From positions 206,792-270,791 of the forward strand of contig NIVC01000504.1 of assembly GCA_002269645.1 (NCBI GenBank): a DNA stretch of 64,000 nucleotides. The letters are read 5' to 3'. Both the position numbers and the translations under genes were made by a program. Origin of the DNA: Macrostomum lignano. Its lineage: Eukaryota. Each line of letters opens with the position of its first letter. Positions within the stretch are counted from its first letter, which is position 1. Shown one piece after another: positions 26,036 to 37,636 of this stretch. The notes under the pieces are model-generated. The model was not told where the DNA came from. It saw nothing but the letters and a program-made list of their open reading frames with translations, and did no database searches.

Positions 26036-29000
26036 TTACTTCTCACTGCAGCTGATCCGCGACTCCCTAGTAACGCTGAAAGTGCCAGAGAAGGTGAATC
26101 CCAGATTTCGCAGGAACTGATCCGCCTCAGGGGGCCCGTTCCTAGCGCCGTAGGCGTACGGCAGAGGTTTCACAGCTTTGGCATCTAACTCGTGCAGAAT
26201 CGGCGTGAATATGCGCCACGCTTCGCGCAGCTCATCGGTGCGAACGAAATTCACCTGAAAATTGAGCGCTTGTTTTCAGATTCAGATTTTTGAAAATACT
26301 AACTACTCTACTGCTAGTAGAATCGCATTATTTATTTCTTCAATTGAAAATTAAAACATGATAAAAAATGAGCTTAATTTGGCATGAACATCTGCTACAC
26401 CCTTTATGATCCTTCAGTGACCGTCTGCTTCACCCTTTATGAACCTTCAGTGATCGTCTGCTACACCTTTTATGATCCTTCAGTGACCGTCTGCTTCACC
26501 CTTTATGAACCTTCAGTGATCGTCTGCTACACCCTTTATGATCCTTCAGTGACCGTCTGCTTCACCCTTTATGAACCTTCAGTGACCATCTCCCACCCTT
26601 CTTTTCTTCATTTTCTTTAGTGATTCTTCAGTGACCTACTATCTGCAATCATTCTATGATCTTTCAGTGACAATTAGCTACCACCTCTATGATCCTTCAG
26701 TGACAATTAGCTACCACCTCTATGATCTTTCAGTGACAATTAGCTACCACCTCTATGATCCTTCAGTGACAATTAGCTACCACCTCAATGATCCTTCAGT
26801 GACCATTAGCTATCAACTCTATGATCCTTCAGTAACCATTAGCTATCACCTCTATGATCCTTCAGTAACCATTAGCTACCACCTCTATGATCCTTAAGTG
26901 ACAATTAGCTACCACCTCTATGATCCTTCAGTAACCATTAGCTATCACCTCTATGATCCTTCAGTAACCATTAGCTACCACCTCTATGATCCTTCAGTGA
27001 CAATTAGCTACCACCTCTATGATCTTTCAGTGACAATTAGCTACCACCTCTATGATCCTTCAGTGACTATTAGCTACCACCTCTATGATCCTTCAGTGAC
27101 AATTAGCTACCACCTCTATGATCCTTCAGTGACAATTAGCTACCACCTCTATGATCCTTCAGTGACTATTAGCTACCACCTCTATGATCCTTCAGTGACA
27201 ATTAGCTACCACCTCTATGATCCTTCAGTGACAATTAGCTACCACCTCTATGATCCTTCAGTAACCATTAGCTACCACCTCTATGATCCTTCAGTAACCA
27301 TTAGCTACCACCTCTATGATCTTTCAGTGACAATTAGCTACCACCTCTATGATCCTTCAGTGACAATTAGCTACCACCTCTATGATCCTTCAGTGACAAT
27401 TAGCTACCACCTCTATGATCCTTCAGTGACAATTAGCTACCACCTCTATGATCTTTCAGTGACCATCTATGGGCATACCAACCGCTATATATAAACTCTA
27501 TATATTCTATAATAGTATACAAAACTGTACATCTGTAGTATCCCAACTGGAATCATGTATTTTTAACCCCGTCCCAACTACAATACACAAACGCACCTGA
27601 GATCCGCACAGTACATCCAATAGCAATCGTTCGTAAGCATCCGGCAGCTTAACCTTAGAGAATCGTTTACTATAGGACAGGTCTAGTTCGGTCTCCTCCG
27701 CGCCGAAACCCATGCCTGGCCGCTTTGTCATGCACTTGATGTACACAGCTTCGTTCGGTTGCACTCGCATTACTAACTCGTTTCGGTGCACTACACCAGA
27801 CTCGAATATATCGCCGCTAACGTCTTTAAATTGGATTCGAACTTCGCATTTAGTCTCGTTGAGAGCTTTGCCAGCTCGGATAATGAATGGAACTCCGTCC
27901 CACCGTTCGTTCTTAATGTACAGCGCCGCCATGCCGTAGGTGGCCGCCAGCGACCCGGCTGGTACAGTGGCGTCGTCAAGGTAACCGGGTTTGCCTGTTT
28001 CCGAATTGGCAACGTATTGCCCGATGACGATGTCTTTGAGTTCGATTGGCCGAATACTTCTTAGTACCTTCACCTGCGTCAGGCATATGTTTTAAGTGTT
28101 TTTAGCTACCGATATGTTTCGAAATAATCATAATAAATGATAATATACTTTCCTAGAAGATGATAGGAAAGAAGGCACTTAGTAAGACTTTAATACACTA
28201 CCGATATGTTTGGAAAGGAGCAATAACCAAGTATTTTGAGAGAAGACTGATAAAGCAAAAACAATAGTTAGGTATAAGCCTAATAGACTACCGATATGTT
28301 TTGAAATGATTTTAATCAATGGCTAAATGCAGAACTAGTTATTTTAGAAAAAGAAAATTAGTAATGTTTTATTAGACTACCGATAAGTTTTGAAACTTCC
28401 AAACCTTTTCATCGCGAATATCATCGGCAGCCATTGACAGCGGCTTCTCCATAGCAATTAAGCTAAGCACCTGCAACAGGTGATTCTGCATCACGTCTCG
28501 AATAATGCCGAATTCGTCGAAATAACCGCCGCGGCCCTCCGTGCCAAAGTTTTCCTGCAAAATTTATTAGATTTTAATCAATATTTCAAGCGACCGATAG
28601 GGTGTCCAAGGTTCAAGTTAAGTTTAGGTTAACAATAAAGTCCAATGTGTATTATTTTTTGGCTGCTAAAGTTCAAGGTGTCCTATTGGCTGCTGAAGTT
28701 CAAGGTGTCCTATTGGCTGCTAAAGTTCAAGGTGTCCTATTGGCTGCTAAAGTTCAAGGTGTCCTATTGGCTGCTAAAGTTCAAGGTGTCCTATTGACTA
28801 ATAATTGTTCCATGTGTCTTATTGACTGATAAGTTCCATGTGTCCTATTGGCTGTAAAGTTTAATGTGTCCTATTGACCGATAAGTTTAATGTGTCCTAT
28901 TGACTAGTCACAAGGTGTCCTTTTGACTGGTAAGTTTAAGATGTCCTTTTATTGGCGAAAGTTCAAGATGTCTTTTTTGACTAAAGTGTAAGGTGTACTG

Positions 29001-30563
29001 ATTAAGTTCAAGATGTACTTTAGACTAAAGTTTAAGGTGTACTTTTGGCTAAAGTTTAAGATGTCCTATTGGCTTTTGGTTAGGTGTCCTTTTGAATTTG
29101 TCCTATTGTCTACTTAAGTTTAATGTGTCCTAAGTGCTAAACTTCATAGAAACCTAACTAATGGCTAAAGTTCACACTGAATGACTTACCTTAAACGTGA
29201 CCAACACGTTAGCAATATTATCCCTATTCCACAATGGCGCCAAAATCCGATTAGCAAACCGCAGCACCACCACATTCTGGACCATCTCCTTGCCCAGATA
29301 GTGATCAATGCGGTACACCTGATCCTCAGTGAACAGATTCGATAGGTGCTGGGACAGGATCTCGCTAGTGTGCAAATCTCTACCAAATGGTTTCTCAATG
29401 ATCACCCTTGACCAGCCCTGTTGATCAGGACTGAAGCACTCGGATTTCAAATGAGTGGCCACGTGCATGAACAAGGAAGGCGGTATGGCCAGGTAGTACA
29501 CTCGATTGCAACTGGCGTACTCTGTACTGCTGCGAATGTACTGCTCCAGTTTGGCGAAGTCTTCTCGCTTGTCGTAAGAGCCCTGGATTAAATAGGGCAC
29601 ACAGAGAGCTGCTTATTCAAAAACTAGCTTCACTGGTAAAGCTTATTGAAAAGAAAATAATGTTATAAACTCAAATATATTATCTCTCTGGTTTCAATAT
29701 CTGATCTGAATGACTTCTACCCCCGTCCTCTACCCTCCCCTACTGTCTTCTATCCTCCCCTACTGTCTTCTACCCTCCCCTACTGTCTTCTAGCCTCCCC
29801 TACTGTCTTCTACCCTCCCCTACTGTTTTCTAGCCTCCCCTACTGTCTTTTAGCCTCCCCTACTGTCTTCTACCCTCCCCTACTGTCTTCTAGCCTCCCC
29901 TACTGTCTTTTAGCCTCCCCTACTGTCTTCTAGCCTCCCCTACTGTCTTCTACCCTCCCCTACTGTCTTTTAGCCTCCCCTACTGTCTTCTACCCTCCCC
30001 TACTGTCTTTTAGCCTCCCCTACTGTCTTTTAGCCTCCCCTACTATCTTCTACCCTCCCCTACTGTCTTCTACTCTACCCTACCATCCCTTACTGCCTTC
30101 CAATCTCACTTAACTGTTTTCTAAATCAAACAAGTCTGAATTAATCCTTCACCTGCACATAGGAATTCCTAGCAAAGAAAGCATCCAATCGTTCTTGTTC
30201 GCCATCAACGGTGCGCAGATATGGCTTAGCATTGTCCCTGACCATTTGCACAGTCAGACTCGACCTAGAATAGCCAATAAAGAAAGTGTTTGGCGGCAAA
30301 AGCTTATCTTTGAATAGCCACCACAATGTCGGGTAGATTTTCTTCTTAGCCAAATCACCGGAAGCGCCAAATATTATAATAACAACATTTTTAGTGTCCT
30401 TCATGTGACTGAATTCGGCTTTAGACTCAGCTCTGAGCAGCTGCAGAGTCTGCTCAGACATTGAGACCAGATGAATGCGTTGCATATCTGGGTCCGGTTT
30501 TAAGTTTTGCAACTCTTTATAAGGATTGCAAACATCATCAGCTGCGTGATGCTGAGATGCCAT
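26036..30563 (-). CDS. G6PD: Glucose-6-phosphate 1-dehydrogenase, 5 exons, 549 aa
   Basis: Exons 30563-30153, 29582-29190, 28554-28405, 28073-27597 and 26254-26036, all phase 0 [53 protein letters not shown] and DAYERL motifs present. Confidence 0.97.
26390..27470. repeat. 33-bp minisatellite (two subtypes) in G6PD intron 4
   Basis: ctatgatccttcagtgacaattagctaccacct units; variant block at 26390-26590. Confidence 0.95.
28106..28395. repeat. Diverged ~90-bp tandem repeat with conserved 19-bp core in G6PD intron 3
   Basis: CTACCGATAWGTTTNGAAA at 28106, 28198, 28288 and 28377. Confidence 0.8.
28660..29130. repeat. 27-bp minisatellite (ggctgctaaagttcaaggtgtcctatt)n in G6PD intron 2
   Basis: About 5 near-perfect units, then decaying copies. 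Confidence 0.9.
29715..30085. repeat. 20-bp minisatellite (tactgtcttctaccctcccc)n in G6PD intron 1
   Basis: About 18 units; G-rich on the sense (minus) strand. Confidence 0.95.
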
Positions 30564-30944
30564 TATGATGACTGATGATGCCAGACAGAATCTATATCGA
30601 TTAACTTAACTATATTTTAGTATTAATTCTTGCCTTGGTTGGTTGATCATGAAAAATATTTATTTAGGTGAATTTTTTTTCATCACAATATCTTATAGAC
30701 ATCTTAATCTAAGAACTCTTACAATAGATTTTAAATCCATAGAATACTAATGTGTCCTACAAATATAAATATATAAGTAAATTATTCAAATAATGACATG
30801 TTTACTGCTTTTTTAAAAAATATTTAAATCTATTTTGCAACAAGGCACAAAACAATTGTTACTTTAGGGAGAATATTGCCATTTATCTAGCTTATTGTTG
30901 GTGGACTATATTGCACAGTGTTAAATTATAACATTGTTATAATA

Positions 30945-32750
30945 ACGGCGCCCCTAACGGCGCCCTCTGATTTTCCCATTAATGCCCTTAAAGCATGGGT
31001 ATTACTATTATTGTGCCATAGACATTTGTGTCCTTGACAAAGTGGGACAGAAAATACGAGTAGAAAGGGGGTGTGGGGGCGAAGCCCCCACCAAAAGCCA
31101 TAGACAAAACACGAAATAAGATTTTTAGCAGTAGTACAGTACTAACTTAAGCAGAGAAGAGAAGAGATTAGACTTATCACACCACATACTGCATAAGGTC
31201 TGACTAAGACAAACTAGATTTAGAAGCATGATCAACTATAGCGGTATCGCAGAGGGCGAGATAAGTGGATTGAATGCTGATGAATTGGAATTTGTAACTC
31301 ATCAATCTGCTGGACGCAGTCATGAATCGGCTGTCTCACAATACGACGAACTTCCATTGGTCGACTCGAGATGCATCAACGAGTTCCTTCTGAACGTGAC
31401 AGAGTTTCTTGAACTGGACGAGACGGACCTCTAGGAGATAACTAATCTGGAGAAGGCTGCCGTTGTAATTTATGCCAGTACCTGAGACTCTGGTTTTCTA
31501 CTGTACTGAAAGCTGATGGCTCTGCCTACAGTTGCAGCACGCTAGTTTGCATGAGGGCTGCTATTCACCTTTTTCTGCTGGCCAAGCGGGGTCTGTCTCT
31601 GATTGGGAATCCCGACTTCCTTGAACTAGAAAAAACCTTCAAGGCCGCTCTGACGTATTCACTTAAGCAGCCTACTTCCGTGGTTGATGGCGACGGTGGA
31701 TACCGAGCTATTGACGTCGTTGACTTGGCCAAGCTGTCTGCGTATTTCGACCGGACTGATCCTAAGAAGCTGCAACACGAGACGTTCTTCCTGATTGTGT
31801 ATCACTTCGGATTCAGGGGACGTGAGTGGATTCGATCTCTGGACAAAAATGATGAGGAAACAATGAAAATGATTGTGTATCCTCATTTAAAAAAAAATGA
31901 GGATTGTATTGACCTTGCGAAGGAAAAAAGGGAGAAGAACGTCTCGGCCAGAAGTGCAAGCACGAAGAAGGAGATTGGTATATTCCCGGTGGCGGACGAA
32001 GCCAAGTGTCCTGTTCAGGCAGTGATGCTCTACCTGTCTAAACTGCCGGAGGAGAATTTGAGCCTGTTTCCTAAGCCTCGAGCGAAATGGACCGACAGGG
32101 AGTGGTACTGCAAGAAAGAAGTCATCAGCAAGAACACCCTGGCCGAGCTAATGAAAGAAATATCTAAAGCTGCCGGCCTTTCCTACATGTACACTAATCA
32201 TTGCATCTGCTCGACAATGATCATGAACCTGTCGGAGCAAGGTTTCAATCTGGAGCAGATCCAGACCGTCTCCAGTCACAAGAAGGTTGAAAGCGTGCTT
32301 TGCTATACGAAACGAGTCTCGGTGGAACAGAAACGCAGTCTGTTGAGTGCAATGACATCCGGCTTGCATGGTCTGGACTCTGGAGGATGAAGTCCCACTG
32401 AAGCGCGCAAACTTGGATCTATTGCCTGCTTCTAGTGCGTCCAACGGCGAGTCCACACCTACTGTGTCGAATGAGCGTCAGGGGGACCTGACTGTCGTGT
32501 TGGAAAAAAATGGCCTAAAGGTGTCCATATTTATGTAGCAGATAAGTGTAACTGGTGGATTGAATTAAATTGACAATTGTTGTTTTGTTTTTGTTGCATT
32601 TATGTTCTAGTCTTCACATGTTTCATGCTGAGTTGTTCTACAAATAAAGCAGTTGTGTAACTGTCTGCAAATTAGCGGGCAGTTAATGTCATTATCTGCC
32701 CACTATTTGCAGGCATTTAATGTCATTAACTGCCCACTAATTTGCATTAA
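30945..32750 (+). mobile_element. Decayed Crypton-type tyrosine-recombinase DNA transposon (DUF3504 / ZMYM-KCTD1-related YR)
   Basis: ORF 31551-32390: FGFRGRE (Arg I), KNTL...ISKAAGL, YTNHCICST (HxxR changed to HxxC), VSSHKKVESVLCY (His/Tyr region). In-frame upstream LKADGSAYSCSTL..MRAAIH; broken N-terminal ORF 31228-31434; AATAAA at 32643. Boundaries approximate. Confidence 0.78.
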
Positions 32751-35700
32751 AGTAAGGTTGACATAGACTTTTTGTTCAATATTTCTTTCCTGCAAGCGGG
32801 CTTTAATGTAGTCTATGGCATTAAAAGGCAAGAATAAGTGCCCAGCGGGCACAAAGGTCATGGTACAATAGAAGTGGAATTCATTGCTAGCCAATGATGA
32901 CAATTAAAATTATTCTAAATTACAACTGGGGAACTAATTGATATAAAAATGTTATATATGTAAAAATGTTGCTTTTAAGCTTTATTTATTTACTAGGCCT
33001 ATAGAATCATTTTCGTCAAAAAAGTAAATTTTATTATTGAATGTATTGGCCCATAATATATATTAGCTCTCTCCTTTATGCTCAATAAAGCTTACCTTTT
33101 CTATTCTTATGTAAGGGGCATCTCAGTTCTATGTTTCTATGATTATAATACATTTGAATGTGCCAAAAACTAAGAAAAACAATTTGCTATAACATATATA
33201 TATATTTATAATATTTTACAAGTCTAATTTTTCTTAAAACCAACACAAAATTTAGTATAAATAGAAGCAAATCTCAGTGGAGGAAGTACCAACCTCACAC
33301 ATTGTGGTTCATTGAGAGAGAAAGCTAGTAGCCAATAATAAGAGTTCCAAGTAAATATAATTGAAGACTATTTTCTAAGATAATTCATTTTCTATTGAAG
33401 TGAAATAGGACAATATACTGTATATACTACTGAAAAGTAAAGAACCAGAAAGGAGAAATATGAAGTAGATCTTAGCAGTATATATAGAGTACTAGAAGCT
33501 ATGACCCTTTGATCCTGGAAATGCTCAGGATTGGAAAGATCATATATGTAGTACATATACCGAATAACAATAAGAATGCTACCAGAATAATAGTAAGAAT
33601 ACTACAAGAATAACAGTGGAATGCTACCAGAATATTAATAGAATGCTACCTATGAGAGTTAGCTAATACTTAGAACAATTCTCAGACTAATACTCAGACC
33701 TATGCTTAGATAAATACTCAGACCTATACTAAGAACTTTTCTCAGACTTATTCTAGGAAAATAAATTCATAATAGAATAGTCTTGGTGGCAGCAATAGAA
33801 CATTTAAGGGACAAAAGGAAAGCCTTGTACAACTTTGGTGGCAGCTTTTAGGATACTCACAAGGTGAAAAGCAGTATCCCTACTATAGCTAGGCCTAGTG
33901 GCAGTTGTGAGATTTCCTAGCATATAGGAAACATGCCTGTAACACTTATAACTTATTGTTAGCTATTTTTAAATCATTAAAAACCATAAATCATAGTTTA
34001 TAGATATAGATTAGCCATTGCTTGTATTGGCCATAGCTAGTCCATATAACTAATCTGAAAATGCTTTCTAATCCAATGCTTTTCTAGCACTAAGGAAAGC
34101 AGTCTCAAGAAATGAATAGACCTCTTTAGGCTGGATATATAGTGCCAAAGGGGTTAGGTCAATTGGCAAAGCAGTGCAATAGAAATTGTTTATGACTATT
34201 TTGTCATTCTAACAATTATTGTGGCTCAATGCCAAGGCAAATAGATTAATTGTGGCCTATTAGGAAATAAGAAGCTTATACTAACTAGAGTGCAACTGAC
34301 CAAGGATAGGCATTGATGATAGCTGAGGAGACACTTGGAGATATTGATAATAGGTATGCAAGCCAAAAACTAGGTTAAGTAAACATTCAATACTATCCTA
34401 TAATTATTTTAAATATATAATAATACTAAGAACATTGACTTCAATAGACAAATATTAAAGTTATAGCACTTTTACTTTAATTTTTCTTTACAAAAAGTGC
34501 TATATTTTATATGCATTAAAAATAAATAGGCCTAAAATGCTTCTTTATATCATAATAATATAACTTTCTTGATTACTTGATCAATTTCACAATTTTGTTT
34601 CTACATTCATAACATATCTAGGCCAAATAATTTTGCCTTGCAGCTAAGTCAAAGTCTAAAGGCTAAATAATTGAAATCATTAAAACTTGCAAAATATCTA
34701 AAAATAAAGATATATCTTATCATTGAAAATTTGCAAATAAATAACTTTGCAGTTGCGATGCAATTATATCAAAGAAAAGGAAATATAACTTTCTAAAAAA
34801 AGTATATGTTCTATAAAGCAAAAATTTAAAAAATATTTATCTACCCTTTATTTATTGGAATAATAAACCATATAGGCCTAGTCTTTTTCATTGAAAGACT
34901 TAGTGAAAACTGTGATACAAAAATAAAAGCTTTTGAATTTTGAAATTTATCAAAAAAGAAAGTTTTAAATTGGCCTAACATAAAACTAAAAGTAATTTTA
35001 AAATGCAACTTGGTAATTAAATTTTTTTTCAATTCTTAACCAATCTTCTTGGGTGCTGACTAATTTGGTAACAAACTAATTCTATGACAAAGATTCATAA
35101 TAGACATATTTGATGAATTTTTGGCAAATTTGGTGAAAGCAAGTTCAGCACAATCTAGGCAAATTTGGCAAAAATTAATGAAGGAAAAACAGTTGTATAT
35201 AGTTTTATTAATTTATTTAATATAAAGATATTAGTCAAAACGTAATAGCTATCTTTTTTTCAATTGAGTTTTTTTAATTTAATATTTATTGTTTTGCCTT
35301 TTCAATAGTGATTTCTAAGGAATGTTTGTTAATTTAAGGTCTGATCAAAGCAGCCTTGAAAGCAAAAACCTTTGGCTTTGAGAGTTAGGAAAAATGAGAA
35401 AATTACTTTTTTGTATACTTACTGTTTCTACTTACTAAAGGATCTACTAATCCTATGGCATATTTGTTATAATAAGTGACTAATTTAATGCATAAATTAA
35501 ACTTTGCAATTGAGAAATATACTTGGAACGATTGTAGACAAAAACCAAAAAAAGCTAGGCCTATAGCTTCTCACTTGTCATTTCTTTCTTTCATTCTAAA
35601 TGAAAACTACTTGACAGATATATTTTATTTATCAAAATTTGTAATACCTTTAATATTTTTTAATCTTATCTTATCTTGTCTTAAAATTTTTTGACTTTAG

Positions 35701-36773
35701 ACTTTTCTTGTCTCAAATCTTGTCTTGGTCTAAATCTTGATTTTTAAGAGCTCTAATCTTGAACAACTCTTCTAGATCATGGCTAGATGCCCTGCAGTAC
35801 TTATTAACATAAGCCCAGTTCATAGCCATGTATGGCACATCTAATGCCCTATTGGATACACTTAGATGAGTTTCTATAGTACTTTTGTTACCTAGGTAAC
35901 ACTTTTGGCACATTTTTCTAGGTGGTACACTACTATAATGTCTAATGCAATGACCAAATGTGACAACAAACTTGCTAACTATTGTTTAACTTTGTTAAAA
36001 CTTTGTTCAAAATTCCTTAAATTCAAAAACATAATTAAATGAAATGTTTATCCCCACAGTCCTATGCCAATAATTCTAATTTTATTCACATGGATCCATC
36101 TGTATTGATAATTTTTAATATATTTTTTGAATAAACTAGGCCTACAGAATACTAAATTAGTAAATAGTATTGAGTACTTTATTACTCTTTAGTACTTTAG
36201 TAGTTAAAGGAGTTAATTTGAAATATTTCCCTAGCTGCCAGCTTTGCTTAGAATGACTGAAGGACCCTGAAGATTAAGGTAAAAAAGACTTGCAAAATTC
36301 AAAATTTGATGGAGAATGAATGGGAAGTTAGCAAGATGTTAAAATGATAAGGAAGTCACACAATATTGAATAACAAGTACTTAAATAAGATTGGAATTGA
36401 TTGAAATTGAAAGAAAGATTGAAAAATAAGTTGAAAATTAGATAGGGGGACAGGCCTACACTACAGAAAGAGTTTTGCATTCTATTAACTGAACTCAGGA
36501 AAGTAAGATTTATTAAATGGAATAAAACATTGCTAGAAATACGCCATGTCCATGCGGAGGCCTACTTTCAAAATAAGGCCTATCATTGGAGAATGGAGTC
36601 AAGTAATGGATGGTTGCTGTAGGATCTAACTTTAGGGCCCTATGCTGCATAAAAATATGTTAAACTCAAGTTTAAAGGTTAGAAAATTCAATTTAGATTA
36701 AAAAAACTGTATATTTTGTATGTATTAGTTTTATATTTCGTAAATCTCATAGTGACTAGCTGTCTAGGCCTAC

Positions 36774-36890
36774 TTAACAACGTCTCAACTGTGTGCCGTC
36801 TGCCGCCTGATATCTCTCAACCCCTCTAAGCTAGCATTGTTCGACTTTTTTGCGATTCAAATTCGCACGGAAAGATTATTATTAAAACAT
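36774..36890 (-). other. Candidate non-coding first exon / promoter region of G6PD
   Basis: CpG density rises abruptly at ~36.78 kb; TTAA|gtaggc donor at 36773; acceptor catcag| 8 nt before the G6PD ATG (exon start 30571). Inference only. Confidence 0.3.
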
Positions 36891-37636
36891 TTGCGAAGAT
36901 AAGTAAACATCCTTACACAAACAACTTGGTCTACTAAAATTCAATAATTGTAAATGCTGTGGGATCAATTTCGGTTTCTTGGGTACATTTACAAGCGTTA
37001 GGCAAGACTATACTAAAGTAGTAGGACGCAACACTCCAAATCTATGGAAAATGTTTTGAAGGCCACTTTTCCAACAATTTCACTTTTGAATGAATGCACA
37101 TAGAAATGTCGTTTTTCGCTGAGAACTTCGACATTTATTCCCCTTTATGATAAAAGAGCATTCCGGCTTTAACATACTTTTTAGTTTTAATTCAAATTTT
37201 TAAGCCTAAATAATTTTTTATTTCACTTTTCTGAAGGCCAACCCCCATATTTTAACAAGGTTGCCTTGCTATCTGCCTATCTAAAATTAGTTACGGGCCT
37301 TAAACTTCATTTCTAACTCTTCGAAAAGTTCGATTAGCCATGTAGGATCTGAAAACAGTATAAATTAATGTTAATTGCAAAGCGTTAAATCCAGCAAATT
37401 ATTTATTTTAGGTGCCCTTCAAAACTTTTTTCCATGAAACGTGGGTGTCGCGTCGTGTACATTACATAGCTTTAGTTGTTCTTGGCATTAGGAAAACTCA
37501 GTGGGATGGTCCCAGGATAAACGAAAGCACAGCAGCATGCTGATTCGATTTCTGAGATACAAAAGGCTCACGGGTGTGGAGTTGCTGAGATTTTAAGGCT
37601 CACGGGGAATTGCTGAGATGCCAATACTCATAAATG

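Noticed and set aside
7173-27494. Long repeat-peptide ORFs in the arrays (e.g. 13037-14074, 15265-16212, 24249-24948, 26898-27494)
   Set aside because: They lie in introns or intergenic arrays defined by clean GT-AG junctions; open frames follow from stop-free repeat units.
9975-29130. Idea that intronic repeat units are biased to multiples of three
   Set aside because: Recounting gives 21, 24, 27, 33 and 42 but also 4, 20, 25, 31, 31, 49 and 61; no convincing bias.
34090-35913. Short exon-like stretches in the CpG-poor block (e.g. ORF 35713-35913)
   Set aside because: No recognisable homology or consistent splice chain; cannot be supported without a database search.
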